The position numbers and the translations under genes were made by a program. From NCBI GenBank assembly GCA_051453625.1, contig JBOZIK010000001.1, positions 36,340,853 to 36,390,775 on the forward strand: 49,923 nt of DNA. The letters run 5' to 3'. The notes beneath the pieces were generated by a model, which made no database searches, was not told the DNA's origin, and saw only the letters and a list, made by a program, of their open reading frames with translations. The stretch is from Welwitschia mirabilis. Its lineage: Eukaryota. Below, piece after piece: positions 1 through 11,400 of the stretch. How positions within the stretch are numbered: the first letter of the stretch is position 1; each line of letters starts with the position of its first letter.

Positions 1-480
1 TCAAGAGATTTGGCTTCACTTCCAACATAAACAACCATAGTTTATGTCTTTTGTGGAGTGATACTTCCCCCAACATTAGTTGATGACATGTCACCATGAG
101 TAAAAGTTGTCGACATGTCACAACTTAAACTTAAATTGTCATGTGCAAAAGACAAAAAGTAAAGAATAAAAAGAACTGCGAGGGACAAATTTGGAGCATG
201 TACAAAATAATTGGCTTCCAAATCACTTATGCAGATGAAATGCGCTCTAAATTGCTTAATTTTAATTTTTTTTAGCTTACACTATTTATAATCTTATGAA
301 ATTAGTAATTTCCAATTTTTTAAAAAACTAATTGCTGACATTTTGTGCCAACATGACAACATGTTTTCCCAACACACCTTTTTCAAGTAGCTAGCCTAAA
401 TTTATTGCTAACATTCACATCATTGCTCATGCTCACTTAATAACCTATTACACAAAGGAAGAATGCAAGTGTGCTATCAT

Positions 481-958
481 TATTGGTAAGTGAAGTCAAA
501 ATCTTCCTCTATGTCTTATGTTTCCCTCGATGCTAAGTTGATTGCTACCACAATTTTAAAAAAAAGGAAGGAAAAGAGAAAAAGCAAAGGAAAGAAAGAA
601 AGAAAGAAGAGCGAGGGAGGGGGGGTTAGAGAGAGGGAAGAGAGAGGAGAAGAAGAAGAAGAAGAAGAAGAAGAAAAGTTGTTGTTGAAAGTAGTTGTGT
701 TGTAAAAGTCACTTTTAATTAATTACTTGTGACTTCAAGTTGTGTCAATGTAAAGTTTCGGGTTTTCACCCTAATGAAGAGTTATGAATAACAAGAGGGT
801 AGAGGGAAGGATTTGGACTCATAAGAATAGCTTGTGTTCCTATATTCTCATTTTTAATAAGAGAGCCCTACAATGTTTCCATGGACAGGGTAGAAAGAGC
901 CCAAACCGTGTCTTTTTTGTTGCTTCTTTGTTTCTTGTGTTGCTCTAAATTTGTCAAA
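481..958 (+). repeat. 5' LTR of Copia-A, with a GA/GAA simple-repeat expansion at ~560-676
   Basis: Aligns by eye with 7581-7981 and is followed by the PBS-like TAGTATCAAAACC. The 3' boundary is uncertain by a few bases. Confidence 0.85.
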
Positions 959-2640
959 ACTAGTATCAAAACCTTGCAGTGTCAAGATTTCAGCGATTGA
1001 TGAACCCTAGAGTGAAGCAAAGCAACATAAGCGAAGCAAAGCACAGCTACAAAGAATAATGAAGCAATCCTTCGCCAGCAAGCAAGGCAAACGAGCAGTG
1101 AATTTTTTGGACGTCTATATACCAATTTTCGCCATCTATATAGTTGTTTTTGATGTCTATGCATTCCTAATGAATCAATTTCTTGGTGAAAAGATTTTGA
1201 GAGTTCCCAAGTGATGATAAGATGGAACACTTGCAAACGATAGAATTACCTGTCTCATAGAACAGGGACATCCAAAGCATATTGATAAAGGAATGTGTTG
1301 AAGCCCTTCTGACCACAAAACCATCTAGTGTGACAAATGAAGAGTGGGATGAGAAAAAGGCAAAGCAATTTTTTTAATTCAACCCTATGTCAGTAATGGT
1401 ATCCTCCAATCTGTAAGAACAAAAATAGATATTGTCATTCTATAGTCAAAGCTCAAAAATACAATTGGTAAACCCTCAAGTTTGAATCAATTTTATGTCT
1501 ATCAAAACATTTTCAATTCAAAGATGAAGACAGGAATGTCTCTTAAGACCACTTAGATGAATTGATTGTGAATTTTGTGAAATTTGAGGATTATCATGTT
1601 GTTATTCTAGAGCCTATTAAGTGTTATGCAGTCTAAATTCTCTTCTAGAATCATGGCCAACTATCGTGACAGCCATAACCCCATCCATGAGTACAATGGC
1701 TACATCCCTAGAAAATGTTGTATCTACCCTATAGGATGCTTAAAAAAACCTCAAACAGATACAACCTACAGAAAGTGCCTTTGTGGTTAAAAACATGGGC
1801 AGGAACGAAAGATGTAGAGGTGCTTCATGTGGTAGAAATTCAGAATGTTGCTTTTGCAAGAATAAGGACCACATTAAGAAAGATCGTTGTTCATGAAAAG
1901 CTAAACAAAAACAAAACGCTAAAAAGAGGAAAAGAAAAGAAGCTTCTTATCAAGTGAATCAAGCAGAAGAAGCCAACTTTCTAGTGTTAGAGCCTTGAAT
2001 TTTTTTGACAGAAGTATAAGTCAAGGACGTGCAGCTAATTGACACAACTGCTTTGTTTCATATTTGTCCCAAACACTCTAGTTTTTGATCATATCATGTT
2101 GTTCCATCTAAAGTTGTGCATATTGCCAATGGAAAACCATTGGAGGTTGCTAGAATAGTTGGTATTATCCTACAACAATCAGGGATATCAAAAATTACAA
2201 TTAACAACGTCAAACATGTTCTAGAGGTGACAAAGAAGGTGATTCAGTCACGTAATTCGATGACTTGGGTTTGAACTTTTCAAGTGGTGGAAGACAAGGG
2301 GAAATTACCAAAGGAATTATGACAGTTTTGCATGGTAAAAAGGACAGCTACTTGTGCACATTACAGGCTGAAGCATGTGGAGTGGTTGTTATAATTTTAA
2401 ATGCAGAGGATGCTAACATTTGGCATAAATGTGATGGACGCACTGGGCACCTTAGTTTGAACTTTGAAGATACTTCAATCTCAGTCTCTTATTCCTATGT
2501 TTTCTCATACTCCTACATATTTCTGTGAACACTATTTAGCTAGTAAATCTAGAAGAACTTATTTTCGAAGAGACTAGGAACATAGAAAGAGAATCAAATT
2601 GGAATTAGTTTATTCTGATTTTTATTGGTAACTCTTTATA

Positions 2641-3316
2641 TTTTGTTACTTGTATGGATGACTATACATGAGAAGTCTGGTTGTATACTTTCAAATCTAA
2701 AGATGAAGTCTTCAAAGTGTTCAAGCCTTTTGTTGCCAAGGTAGGAACTCAAGCAAATTTGAAAGTAAAATGTTTACTTATGAGCAGTGAAGGAGAGTAT
2801 ACCTCCAATGCTTTTGCACAATTCTGCAATGACAAGAGAATTTGTCACATTTGTACTCCTATAACAACTTAGGAAAATGAGAGCAAAAAGGTACAATAGA
2901 ACTATGCTAGAACTTGCCAGCAATAACAACAACTTACTTAATAAATAGTCTCCTCATTCTAACCTTAGCAATGGTATTTTGTTATGTTGATTGAAGATTG
3001 TACATGAAAAGTCTGGACTTTAAAATCTAAAGATGAAGTCTTTGAAGTGTTTCAAGTCTTTTGTCACCAAGGTAGAAACTTAAACAGTTTTGAAAGTAAA
3101 ATGTGTGCTTACAAATAATGGAGGGGAGTCTACCAATGCTTTTGCAGAATTTTCGAATGACAAGAGCATTCATCACCTTCGTACTCCTCTTAAAGCACCT
3201 TAGGGAAATGAGCTAGCAAAAAGGTGAAATATAACTTTGTGTGAACGTGCAAGTGATGATGACTACAACTTACTTAATAAATAGGTCTCCTCGTTCTAAT
3301 CTTAGCAATGGTATTC
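2641..3316 (+). repeat. Diverged tandem duplication (~340 bp x2) of the integrase core inside Copia-A
   Basis: 2641-~2977 and ~2977-3316 share AAATCTAAAGATGAAGTCTT, TTTGAAAGTAAAATGT, ACTTACTTAATAAATAG and TTCTAA.CTTAGCAATGGTATT in the same order, with no N gap between them. Confidence 0.9.
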
Positions 3317-4446
3317 AAGAAATTTTGTGGAGTGGTAAAAATGTCTCTTATAGGCACTTAAGGATCTTTAGGTGTGAAGCCCACACGCACATACAAAAGG
3401 TGTAACTAGTCTGAGGTACAAGACAAAGCAAAACCTTGCATGGCTACAGAGAGGATGCTCTTAGCTACAAATTGTGGAATCTTAAAACCACTCAAATTGT
3501 GAGATCAAGGGATTCAAAATTCAGAAAGAATGTCATGTTTTATGGATCTCAGGCAGAGAATCAACTTGACCTTGATTCTAGCTTCAGCAATCAATCTTAT
3601 AGCCCTCAACATGAATCAAAATCACAGAAAGCAATAGAACAAGCTCTTGCAATACAAAACACAAATCCAAAAAGTGATGTGACTTCTCCTGATAAGGAGT
3701 AGAAAACAGAGCAAGAACAACCTGATAGCACATCTCACTAGTTAAGATGTTCAACCCTACTTTCGTGGCCTCCAAACAAGCATTCTCCTTCCTTGCATTA
3801 TGTTCTTTATATTGACAATGGAGAACCAAAGACTGTCGAAAAAGCAGTATCTTGTCTTCATTGCTACAAAGTGAAAGGCAACTATGAAGGATGAGTGGAA
3901 ATCCTTAAAACAGAACAAAACATTGGAATTGGTGGAGTTACCAAAGGGGCATAAGGCTCTACACAGCAAGTGGATTTTCGAATTGAAGATACGGAGAAAA
4001 GCATTGTAAGCCTAAGTCGGTGGTGAAAGGCTTTGCCAAAAGCTACGTACTTGATTTTACTGAGATTCCTTCTCATGTTGTAAATCATTCTTCTCTATGT
4101 TTGGTTCTTTGTCTTGTTGCCTCCTTGAATATAGAATTGGAATAGTTGGACATAAAAACTGCCTTTTTACATAGTGATTTGGGTAAAGAAATTTATATGT
4201 ATGTAAATCAGCAACACCCTGATCTTGTTTGTCATTTAAAGAAGAGTTTGTATGATTTAGAACAAGCCCCAAGACAATGGTAAAAGAAATTTAATACCTT
4301 CATGAAGAAGATGTCATAAAAGAAAGTCAGTCATATCATTGTGTTTACTTCTCTAGAAGTGCCTCAAGAAAGTTTGTCATCCAATTACTATATATTGATG
4401 ACATGTTGATTATAGGAAATGATAAGGCTGAAATTAATCAAACGGG

Positions 4447-6284
4447 TGTTAAGATATCTATGAATTAAACTTCACTTATTAAAAATTGAAAGTCTCTTTC
4501 TTGTGAAGTATTACTCAAGTGTAAAATGTCTATTCTATTTTCTCCTCTTATGTCCAGTTTAAGTAGGGGATTACCTGTTTATTGTGAGTTATTTGATATG
4601 TGTGAGACAAATTGTATTGTTAGAGTGAGTCAAAGACTTTGTTACTTTCCCACTTCTATGCCTATTTACAATAGAGTTAACTCTTGAATAAGTCCTATAT
4701 AAAGGGATTAGAGTTTCGAATATTGTAAGCAAGGCAAAGGTAGCGTGTATCTTCTGAGCTTGAGGTGTCTAGGAATCCATGTATCCTGCGTTTAGCAGAT
4801 AATAAAGAGCATATTTCCCGTAGAGGTTTCCTTTTGTCTATGAGGGTTTTACCATGTAAGTTCTGGTGTCTTCTATTGCACATAATTTCAAGTTTTTTGT
4901 TGCTTTACAATTTATTACTTAGCACAGTATTTAGGAGCACCTCTCCCAACAAGTGGCATCAAAGCACTTCAAATGTAACACAAATGGTGAGGAATTTGGC
5001 TTGGAATATCTCTGTCTAACTTGAAGGATTGAATTGGATTGAAGCGTTGTTTCAGAGGGAGCTATTGTTATTGATGAAAACATGGGTGCAGTTTAGGCTG
5101 AGGATCTAAGACGATCTGCCAATAAGGATGCCTCGTCATCAAGTATGGCTCTGGTTGCTGATGAAAAACAATGAAAAAGGAAACTAAAATGCTAGCATTG
5201 TGCGAAGATTGGACATGTGAAGAAAGGCTGCCCAACTATCTCTAAAAAAGATGAGCCCGCTGAAGTAATTGTTGCTGCAGAAGCTGATATCTCATTCTAA
5301 TGTAATGCAGTGAGNNNNNNNNNNNNNNNNNNNNNNNNNNNNNNNNNNNNNNNNNNNNNNNNNNNNNNNNNNNNNNNNNNNNNNNNNNNNGTCCTTTTCA
5401 ATGTCAACTGTATTTTTCTTTGTCTGATGCGAGTCTTGGATTTGTTGTCATGTTAAGGCATCACATGCATGGGCACTTATGAGAATATTATCTGTGATTG
5501 GTGGTTTGACGTTATCTCATGTGTTGGACTGAGGAGGCCTAGTCCGTTTCGATGTGCTTGTGCAGAGATGCTCCTTAGAAGGTATCATGCCCTGATGATT
5601 CTTCTGCATGTTGTAGTCCATGTCTAACAGTGATGAATAAGAGGTCATAAAGTGATGAGGTTGTTCCACCAAGGATTTCGTCATTCTGTGGAGATGGTTT
5701 TTTTATGCCTTTAGGCTTGGTCGTGGTGATTCTTCCTTAGGTTCAAGCTCAAGGGAAGTTGCCTTCAAGTGGGAGATTGTTGAGATATCTGTGAATTCAA
5801 CTCCACTTATTAAAAACAGAAAGTCTCTTTCTTATGAAGTATTACTCAAGTGTAAACTATTTGTTCTATTTTCTCCTCTTATGTCTAGTTTAAGTAGGAG
5901 ATTACCTATTTACTATGAGTTATTTTATACGTGAGAGACAAATTGTATGATTGGAGTGATAATCAGAGTCTCTATTTACTTTCCCACTTCTGTGCCTATT
6001 TACAATGAGTTGACTCTTGAATAATTCTTATATAAAGGGATTAGAGTTTGGCATATTGTAAGCAAGGCAAAAGTAGCTTGTATGTTCTGAGCTTGAGGTG
6101 CCTTGGAATCAATGTATCTTGAGTTTGGCAGATAATAAAGAGCATATTTTCCATGGAGGTTTCCCTCTATCTTGAAGGGTTTCACCACGTAAATTCTGGT
6201 GTCTTCTGTTGCACATAATTTCAAGTTTTTTGTTGCTTTGTAATTTATTACTTAGCACAGTATTTGGGAGTGCCTCTCCCAACA
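4447..6284 (+). mobile_element. Short non-autonomous Copia-type LTR element (gag zinc-knuckle remnant only) nested in the RT of Copia-A
   Basis: LTRs at 4447-4951 and 5778-6284 (TGTT(A/G)AGATATCT...CTCTCCCAACA); PBS TGGCATCAAAGC at 4954-4965; PPT AAGTGGGAGAT just before 5778; near-TSD ACGGG/ATGGG; internal KLKC*HCAKIGHVKKGCP (~5180-5235). Host RT continues on both sides (YIDDMLIIGNDKAEINQ | GKQFTLKGLGHAKKIM). Confidence 0.93.
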
Positions 6285-6575
6285 ATGGGCAAGCAATTTA
6301 CACTGAAAGGTTTGGGACATGCAAAGAAAATTATGGAAACGAACATTCACAAGGATAAGAAGCAGAAAAGTTGTGGTTGAGCTAGAGACCTAGAGTGACC
6401 ATACGGAAAGGTGCTTAAACAATTTGGCATAGAAGATGCCAAGCCTATTGAGTACTCTTTCAGCTCCTTCCTTCTAGCTGTCTCAAAATGATTGTCCTAG
6501 TTCAAAAGAAGTTACCAAGGAAAAAAAATTATTCTATATACTTCAACAATAGGTTGACTTAGGTATGCTATGGCA

Positions 6576-6849
6576 CATTGTTGCAAGACTCGGACTCACC
6601 ACCGACTCGGCTAGGGGAAAAAACTCGTGACTCGGCTCGATTCGGGAGCTGACTCGGCACAGACTCGGGAGTCAAAAAGAGTGACTAGAGAGTTTTATGT
6701 GTAGATGCGCTAAGACTCGCCAAAAACTCGCCAAAACTCGCTAAATCTCGCTAAGACTCGTTGAGACTCATGAGTTTTGCGAGCTAACTCGGACTCGGCG
6801 AGTTTCTACCCACTCGACTCGCGAGTTCAAAAAAACTCGGGACTCGGAG
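6576..6849. mobile_element. MITE-like (possibly hAT-type) non-autonomous DNA transposon end with GACTCG(G) subterminal repeats; the other end is lost in the N gap
   Basis: Starts CATTGTTGCAAGACTCGGACTC and has many ACTCG/CGAGT motifs. It is CpG-rich against a CpG-poor background and interrupts Copia-A right after the YTSTIG*LRYAM motif. Confidence 0.7.
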
Positions 6850-7580
6850 NNNNNNNNNNNNNNNNNNNNNNNNNNNNNNNNNNNNNNNNNNNNNNNNNNN
6901 NNNNNNNNNNNNNNNNNNNNNNNNNNNNNNNNNNNNNNNNNNNNNNNNNNNNNNNNNNNNNNNNNNNNNNNNNNNNNNNNNNNNNNNNNNNNNNNNNNNN
7001 NNNNNNNNNNNNNNNNTGTGTTTTGATGATGAAGACTTATGTATTCAAAGTTTTGTGAATGCCAATTTGGCAACAAATTTGGATAGTAGACGTTCCACTA
7101 CATGTGGTGCTTTTACCTTAGGTGGCAAAGACATTAGCTAGTTGTCACATCTTTAACCATTACTTACATTGTCAACCATAGAAGTAGAATATGTGGGCCT
7201 CACAAAAGCATGCAAAGAGATGATTTGGTTGCATTAGATTTCTTTGTTCTGTTGGTTTGAAGTGGAAATGTATCTTTATTTTGCAATAGCAAAAGTGCCT
7301 TAAACTTAGCTAGAAATTTAGTCTATCATGGGAAGACAAAACATGTTGATGTCACATTTCACTTTATCAGAAAGGTTATAGAAATGGTCTAGTTAATGTG
7401 CAGAAGATTCATACCCAGATGAACATTGTTGATGCTCTAACAAAAACAGTGAGTGTTAAAGAGGCATGTCTTTTGCAGAGGTAAGCTTGGAATAATTGTA
7501 ACATAGGCAATGGGTGTTTGAAACAATGCATCCCCCGTTTCATTTGGAGGAAGTTCAAATTTGTCTTCAATAAGAAAAAT

Positions 7581-7981
7581 TGTTGAAAAGTGAAGTCAAA
7601 TCTTCCTTCTGTGCATTATGTTTCTTGGATGCAAAGCTGAATTTAAAAAAAGGGGATAAAAAAAAGAAAAGAGGAGAAGGAGAAAAATGCTTGTTAAAAG
7701 TCCTTGTACAATAGAAAACACTTTTAATTAATTGTGTGTGACTTGGTTTTATGTCAATGTAAAGTTAGTGTTTTTGCTTTTCACCGTAATGGAGAGCTAT
7801 ACATATAGAGGTTGGTCTAGGCATTGGAGTCACAGGAACAGGTTGTGTTTCTATATTGTCATTTTCAATAAGAGAGCTCTGCACCATTTTCGTGGACTCG
7901 GGGTAGAAAGAGCTTTAACCATGTTAAATCATGCCTTTTTCATTATTGCGTTGATTCTTTAGTTGCTCGAAATTTGTAACA
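7581..7981 (+). repeat. 3' LTR of Copia-A
   Basis: TGTTG...TAACA termini; preceded by the purine tract AATAAGAAAAAT (decayed PPT); homologous to 481-958. Confidence 0.88.
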
Positions 7982-9803
7982 ATCTTTGTTTTTCTATGCA
8001 AAGTGAAGGACAATAATGGTACTATGAAAGAGCTACCAAATACATGGATCTCATAAGAAAGCATTGAACATTCTATATTGCATATTTATGTTCTACTCTA
8101 TTTGTCATCTGAAAAACATAGCTTCCTTGTTCTTCCCCTTCCTAAGCAACAATATTAGAAGATAAAAACAACTAAGCCATGTAAGGCTAGAAATCAATCA
8201 ATGAAAATGTTCAAGTTTGGCAAAGCAAAGTCAACAAGGCTTAAATAGTAATATTATGGTTGTAATCGGTGAAAACAATGATGGTCCATCACTATTGTGT
8301 GTTATGATCCTAATAGCAAGTTTCTGGCAATGTATTCTAAAAGTGTCATTAATCCTTTTCGAGTAATTACATACTTCAAACTTCTTTAAACACTCAAGCA
8401 AAGCAATAAGTTGTATGGATTTTCCTTACCCAAGTTTGGTGGTAACATGTTGGAAACAAACACTAGAGAATTCTGGAGAGCACTCAATACACGTCAATTC
8501 CTCTTAGCTCCAAGAAAGCAAGTGACCTCTGGGTAATTTACCATCTTTTGTACTAAAGGATTTTACATCTTTGATAGTGTGGCTTTGGCAAAGTTGGCAA
8601 CTGCAACTCAAATAATAACAAAAAATAAGATCATCATAAAGACTTTATAGTTTTGAACATCAAAATAGCTCCTAAAGCCATGGCCAAGCCAACTGCTTGT
8701 TAAGCATCATTCTCCTTCTAGTTTTGATTATTTTCATCTTACAATCCTTCTAATGTGTACCCTCTTTCTTTCTTTCTTTCTAATGAGTATCCTCTTCCGT
8801 CCTTCCTTCCTTCCTTTTTTACTTGTTTTCTAATTTATGTTTGGGCGGAGTGTGGGGGCTGAAAGAATTTAAAATCCAATTCTATGGTAGCCAGTATACT
8901 TCTAGCAATAGGAATATTTGCTCTCCAAAGTAGGAGCTGCGTTAGATATGAAATAGTCCTGCATCCAATTTCTTCCCTTGACTCAGCAGCACCTACTTTC
9001 CACCCAAAGGTTTTTAGAAAATAGAAGGATCTTCCTGAATTCGTAATCAAGACTAGGTCTTGCAACAACCTTTCTTTGAGGAATTTGTCAAGCCGTTATC
9101 ATAGTGGATCCTTCTGTTGCATTGCATCAGCATGAATTATCTCAAGAAACAACAGCAATGAAACCTTTTCAGCCTAACCTATAACACTGAGGCTAGAGAA
9201 GAAAGGAAGGCAGATCATTTCAGCATGACAAAGGTCTGGTTGCCCAACTCCTTCACCATAAAAGACTCAACTAATGTGTATCTTTGTTGATCTTTCAGTG
9301 GTCTCAAAGCTTATGCTAATCTTTCACAACCATATAAGCCATTGTTAAGAGAACACAAATAAGCATTTGGAAGCAAACATCTTGAAAGCGTGAGATATGG
9401 CCTTGTCTAAAGAACCTGCTAAGATGGTGAAAGATCATACTGCCTCACCAAAATAAGCTAACTGAGGTGGAAGCACAATCCAGGATGAAGATGGTATTTT
9501 AAAGAAGATTACTGATAGTTAAAATTTTAAAGAAGATTACTAATTTGCAGCATCACTTGTTGATCCAAGAGACCAAGTACCAATTTGCAAGGGAAGAAGA
9601 CTCTGTAACAAGTCTCATAGCTACTGCAACAAACCAAGTATGTAAGCTCATGCTTCTAGAAAAAGTTACCAGAAGAGCAACAACCAGGTTATTCATTCCA
9701 AACATGAATGATGATGAAATCATCAACCAAACCAACATTAGAACTATTATTGGTACTTCAGAAAAAGCTCCTGCAATTGTAAGGATGCTCCTCTTTATAA
9801 TGT

Positions 9804-10580
9804 TCTAGTGGCCCCTTTTTTAGTTGCTTGTTGTATATGAAATTGATTATCTAAGCATTAAGGAATAAACATCGTCTACCTTACTCATTACCTTCTTTGA
9901 TCCCCGATGCTATATGAGATGATATGCAGGCAAATTACAATGTCAGCAAATAAAGATTTATTAGTGTACTATCTTTGAGTTAATTGAAACAAGTTTTTAT
10001 TGAATTGAAAACAAACATACCCAACATAATCACTATATCCGAAGTAAACTAGAGGCTTTCCTTGTTGCCTAGGGGTCATGTTGAGAGTCAAGAGTAAACA
10101 TCTGATCACTGATCCTGGATACAGAAAATGATGCTTGGTTGAGAGTTTGACAGCTTCTGAAGTTCCTCTCAAGCATGTCGAGTATAAAATTTCCTAACTC
10201 TGATTTGCGTTTCTTATTCTTATCAAAAAGACAATCTGCCAAAATTCAATGCCTTTCAGAACGCCATTTGCATTCCAATCTGCCTGCATTGAAAACCATG
10301 TAAGTAGATCCTAGGATGTCTTAGAGGAACTGAATTCAGAGTGTCTTGATCAAAAGGAATAATTAAAAAAGATCAGAGAAATTTCAAAAGGTTTTAATGA
10401 GAATTTGAAACATTCAATGTAATGTGTCCATTATAAACTGATGCATTACTAATTAATTGACATGTCATAATCCATTGGTTAACTTTTACATGAAAGAGAC
10501 AAAGGAGTGAACATTATTTTCACCACAAGTCACATCCATCTAGGATGGATTTAGAAAAGAAAAATTCTAAAAATACACAC

Positions 10581-10627
<47 letters not shown>

Positions 10628-11400
10628 AGTGGCCCTTTCTTCTTGCTTATTGTATATGTCATTGATTACCTAGGGAATAACATTGTCTACATCACTCCTA
10701 CATTCTTTGATCCATGGTTCTATATATGATTTATGCAACTAATTTACAATGTTGGCAAATATGAAATTAGTGTGTTTTCTTTACATTAATTGAGGTAAAA
10801 AACTTATTGAAATGAAAACAAACATAGCTAACATAATCACTATATCCAAAGTGAAAAATTTGAAGGCTTCCTCGTTGCAAGATGATAGTGTTGAGAGTCA
10901 AGACTAAACTTCTAGTCACCTGTGAGGAAATCCCGGATATAGGGGGAAAATGCTTAGCGGAGAGTTTTGACAGTTTCTGAAGTCCTCCTCAAGCATGTCG
11001 AGTATGAAATCTCCTAACTCTAATTTGCATTTTCACTTTAATCCAAAAGGCATAATGTGCCAAAATTTAATGACTTTCGGAATGTCATTTGCATTCCAAT
11101 TTGCCTACGTTAAGTATAATATAAGTAGACCCTAAGATGTCACAGAGGCACAGAATTCAGAGTCCCATGATGAAAAAGAATAACAAAAAGGATCAGAAAA
11201 ATCTCAAAAGGTTTTAATAAGCATTCAAACATTTGATGTAATGTCTCCATCACACACTAATGCATTATTAATTCATTGACATATCATAATTGATTGGTTA
11301 ACTTTTACATTAGGGAAATCCAGGAGAGGATGTTGTTCTCATCATAAGTTATATCCCCTTGGGATGGGTTTTGAAAAAAAAAAAGAAAAATTCTACACAC
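9804..11400. repeat. Old direct tandem duplication of a ~780-bp unit (9804-~10575 and 10625-~11395), each copy ending in a CA run
   Basis: Collinear shared blocks TCTAGTGGCCC, AACATAATCACTATATCC, CTCAAGCATGTCGAGTAT, CATTTGCATTCCAAT, ATTGGTTAACTTTTACAT and GAAAAATTCTA; the copies are substantially diverged. Confidence 0.9.
10585..10624. repeat. (AC)20 microsatellite
   Basis: Perfect dinucleotide run read directly from the sequence. Confidence 0.98.

Larger units (their letters stand above)
481..7981 (+). mobile_element. Degenerate full-length Ty1/Copia LTR retrotransposon (Copia-A), hosting two nested insertions
   Basis: Homologous LTRs at 481-~958 and 7581-7981 (both begin T(A/G)TTG..AAGTGAAGTCAAA and end GTTGCTC.AAATTTGT..A); near-TSD ATCAT (476-480) / ATCTT (7982-7986); degenerate Met-PBS TAGTATCAAAAC at 961; Copia domain order: zinc knuckle CCFCKNKDHIKKD (~1846), protease LIDTTALFHIC (~2035), WHK..GHLS (~2420), integrase KSKDEVFKVFK (~2695), RT LYIDDMLIIGN (~4390), RNase H LDSRRSTT..FTLGG and KTKHVDVTFHFIR (7080-7370). 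Many stops and frameshifts. Confidence 0.93.

Noticed and set aside
37..395. Repeated GACATGTC/CAACATG motifs resembling subterminal repeats of a decayed MITE
   Set aside because: No TIR pair or TSD could be defined; too weak to call.
490..705. 71-aa Lys/Glu-rich ORF
   Set aside because: It is a translation of the GA/GAA simple repeat inside the Copia-A 5' LTR.
6586..6849. Clustered short repeats superficially like a CRISPR or iteron array
   Set aside because: The motifs are 6-7 bp, irregularly spaced, in both orientations, with no unique spacers or cas genes; the eukaryotic TE context explains them.
8374..8600. Minus-strand exon-like block reading ...*EELTCIECSPEFSSVCFQHVT..., superficially like the SDIR1 RING start DELTCSVCLEQVT and in the right phase
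   Set aside because: It has two in-frame stops, the wrong Cys spacing and no LPC.HQ motif; it is more likely chance or a TE pseudo-exon.
9070..9113. Possible small SDIR1 exon 6 (CAG|A AGG ATC CAC TAT GAT AAC GGC TTG ACA AAT TCC TCA AAG AAA G|GTTGTT; RIHYDNGLTNSSKK)
   Set aside because: It is open in the required phase, but the donor is weak and this region of SDIR1 is not conserved, so it cannot be supported without RNA-seq.
9545..9808. Plus-strand 87-aa ORF flanked by TTTGCAG and GTAAGG
   Set aside because: No recognisable homology and no partner exons.
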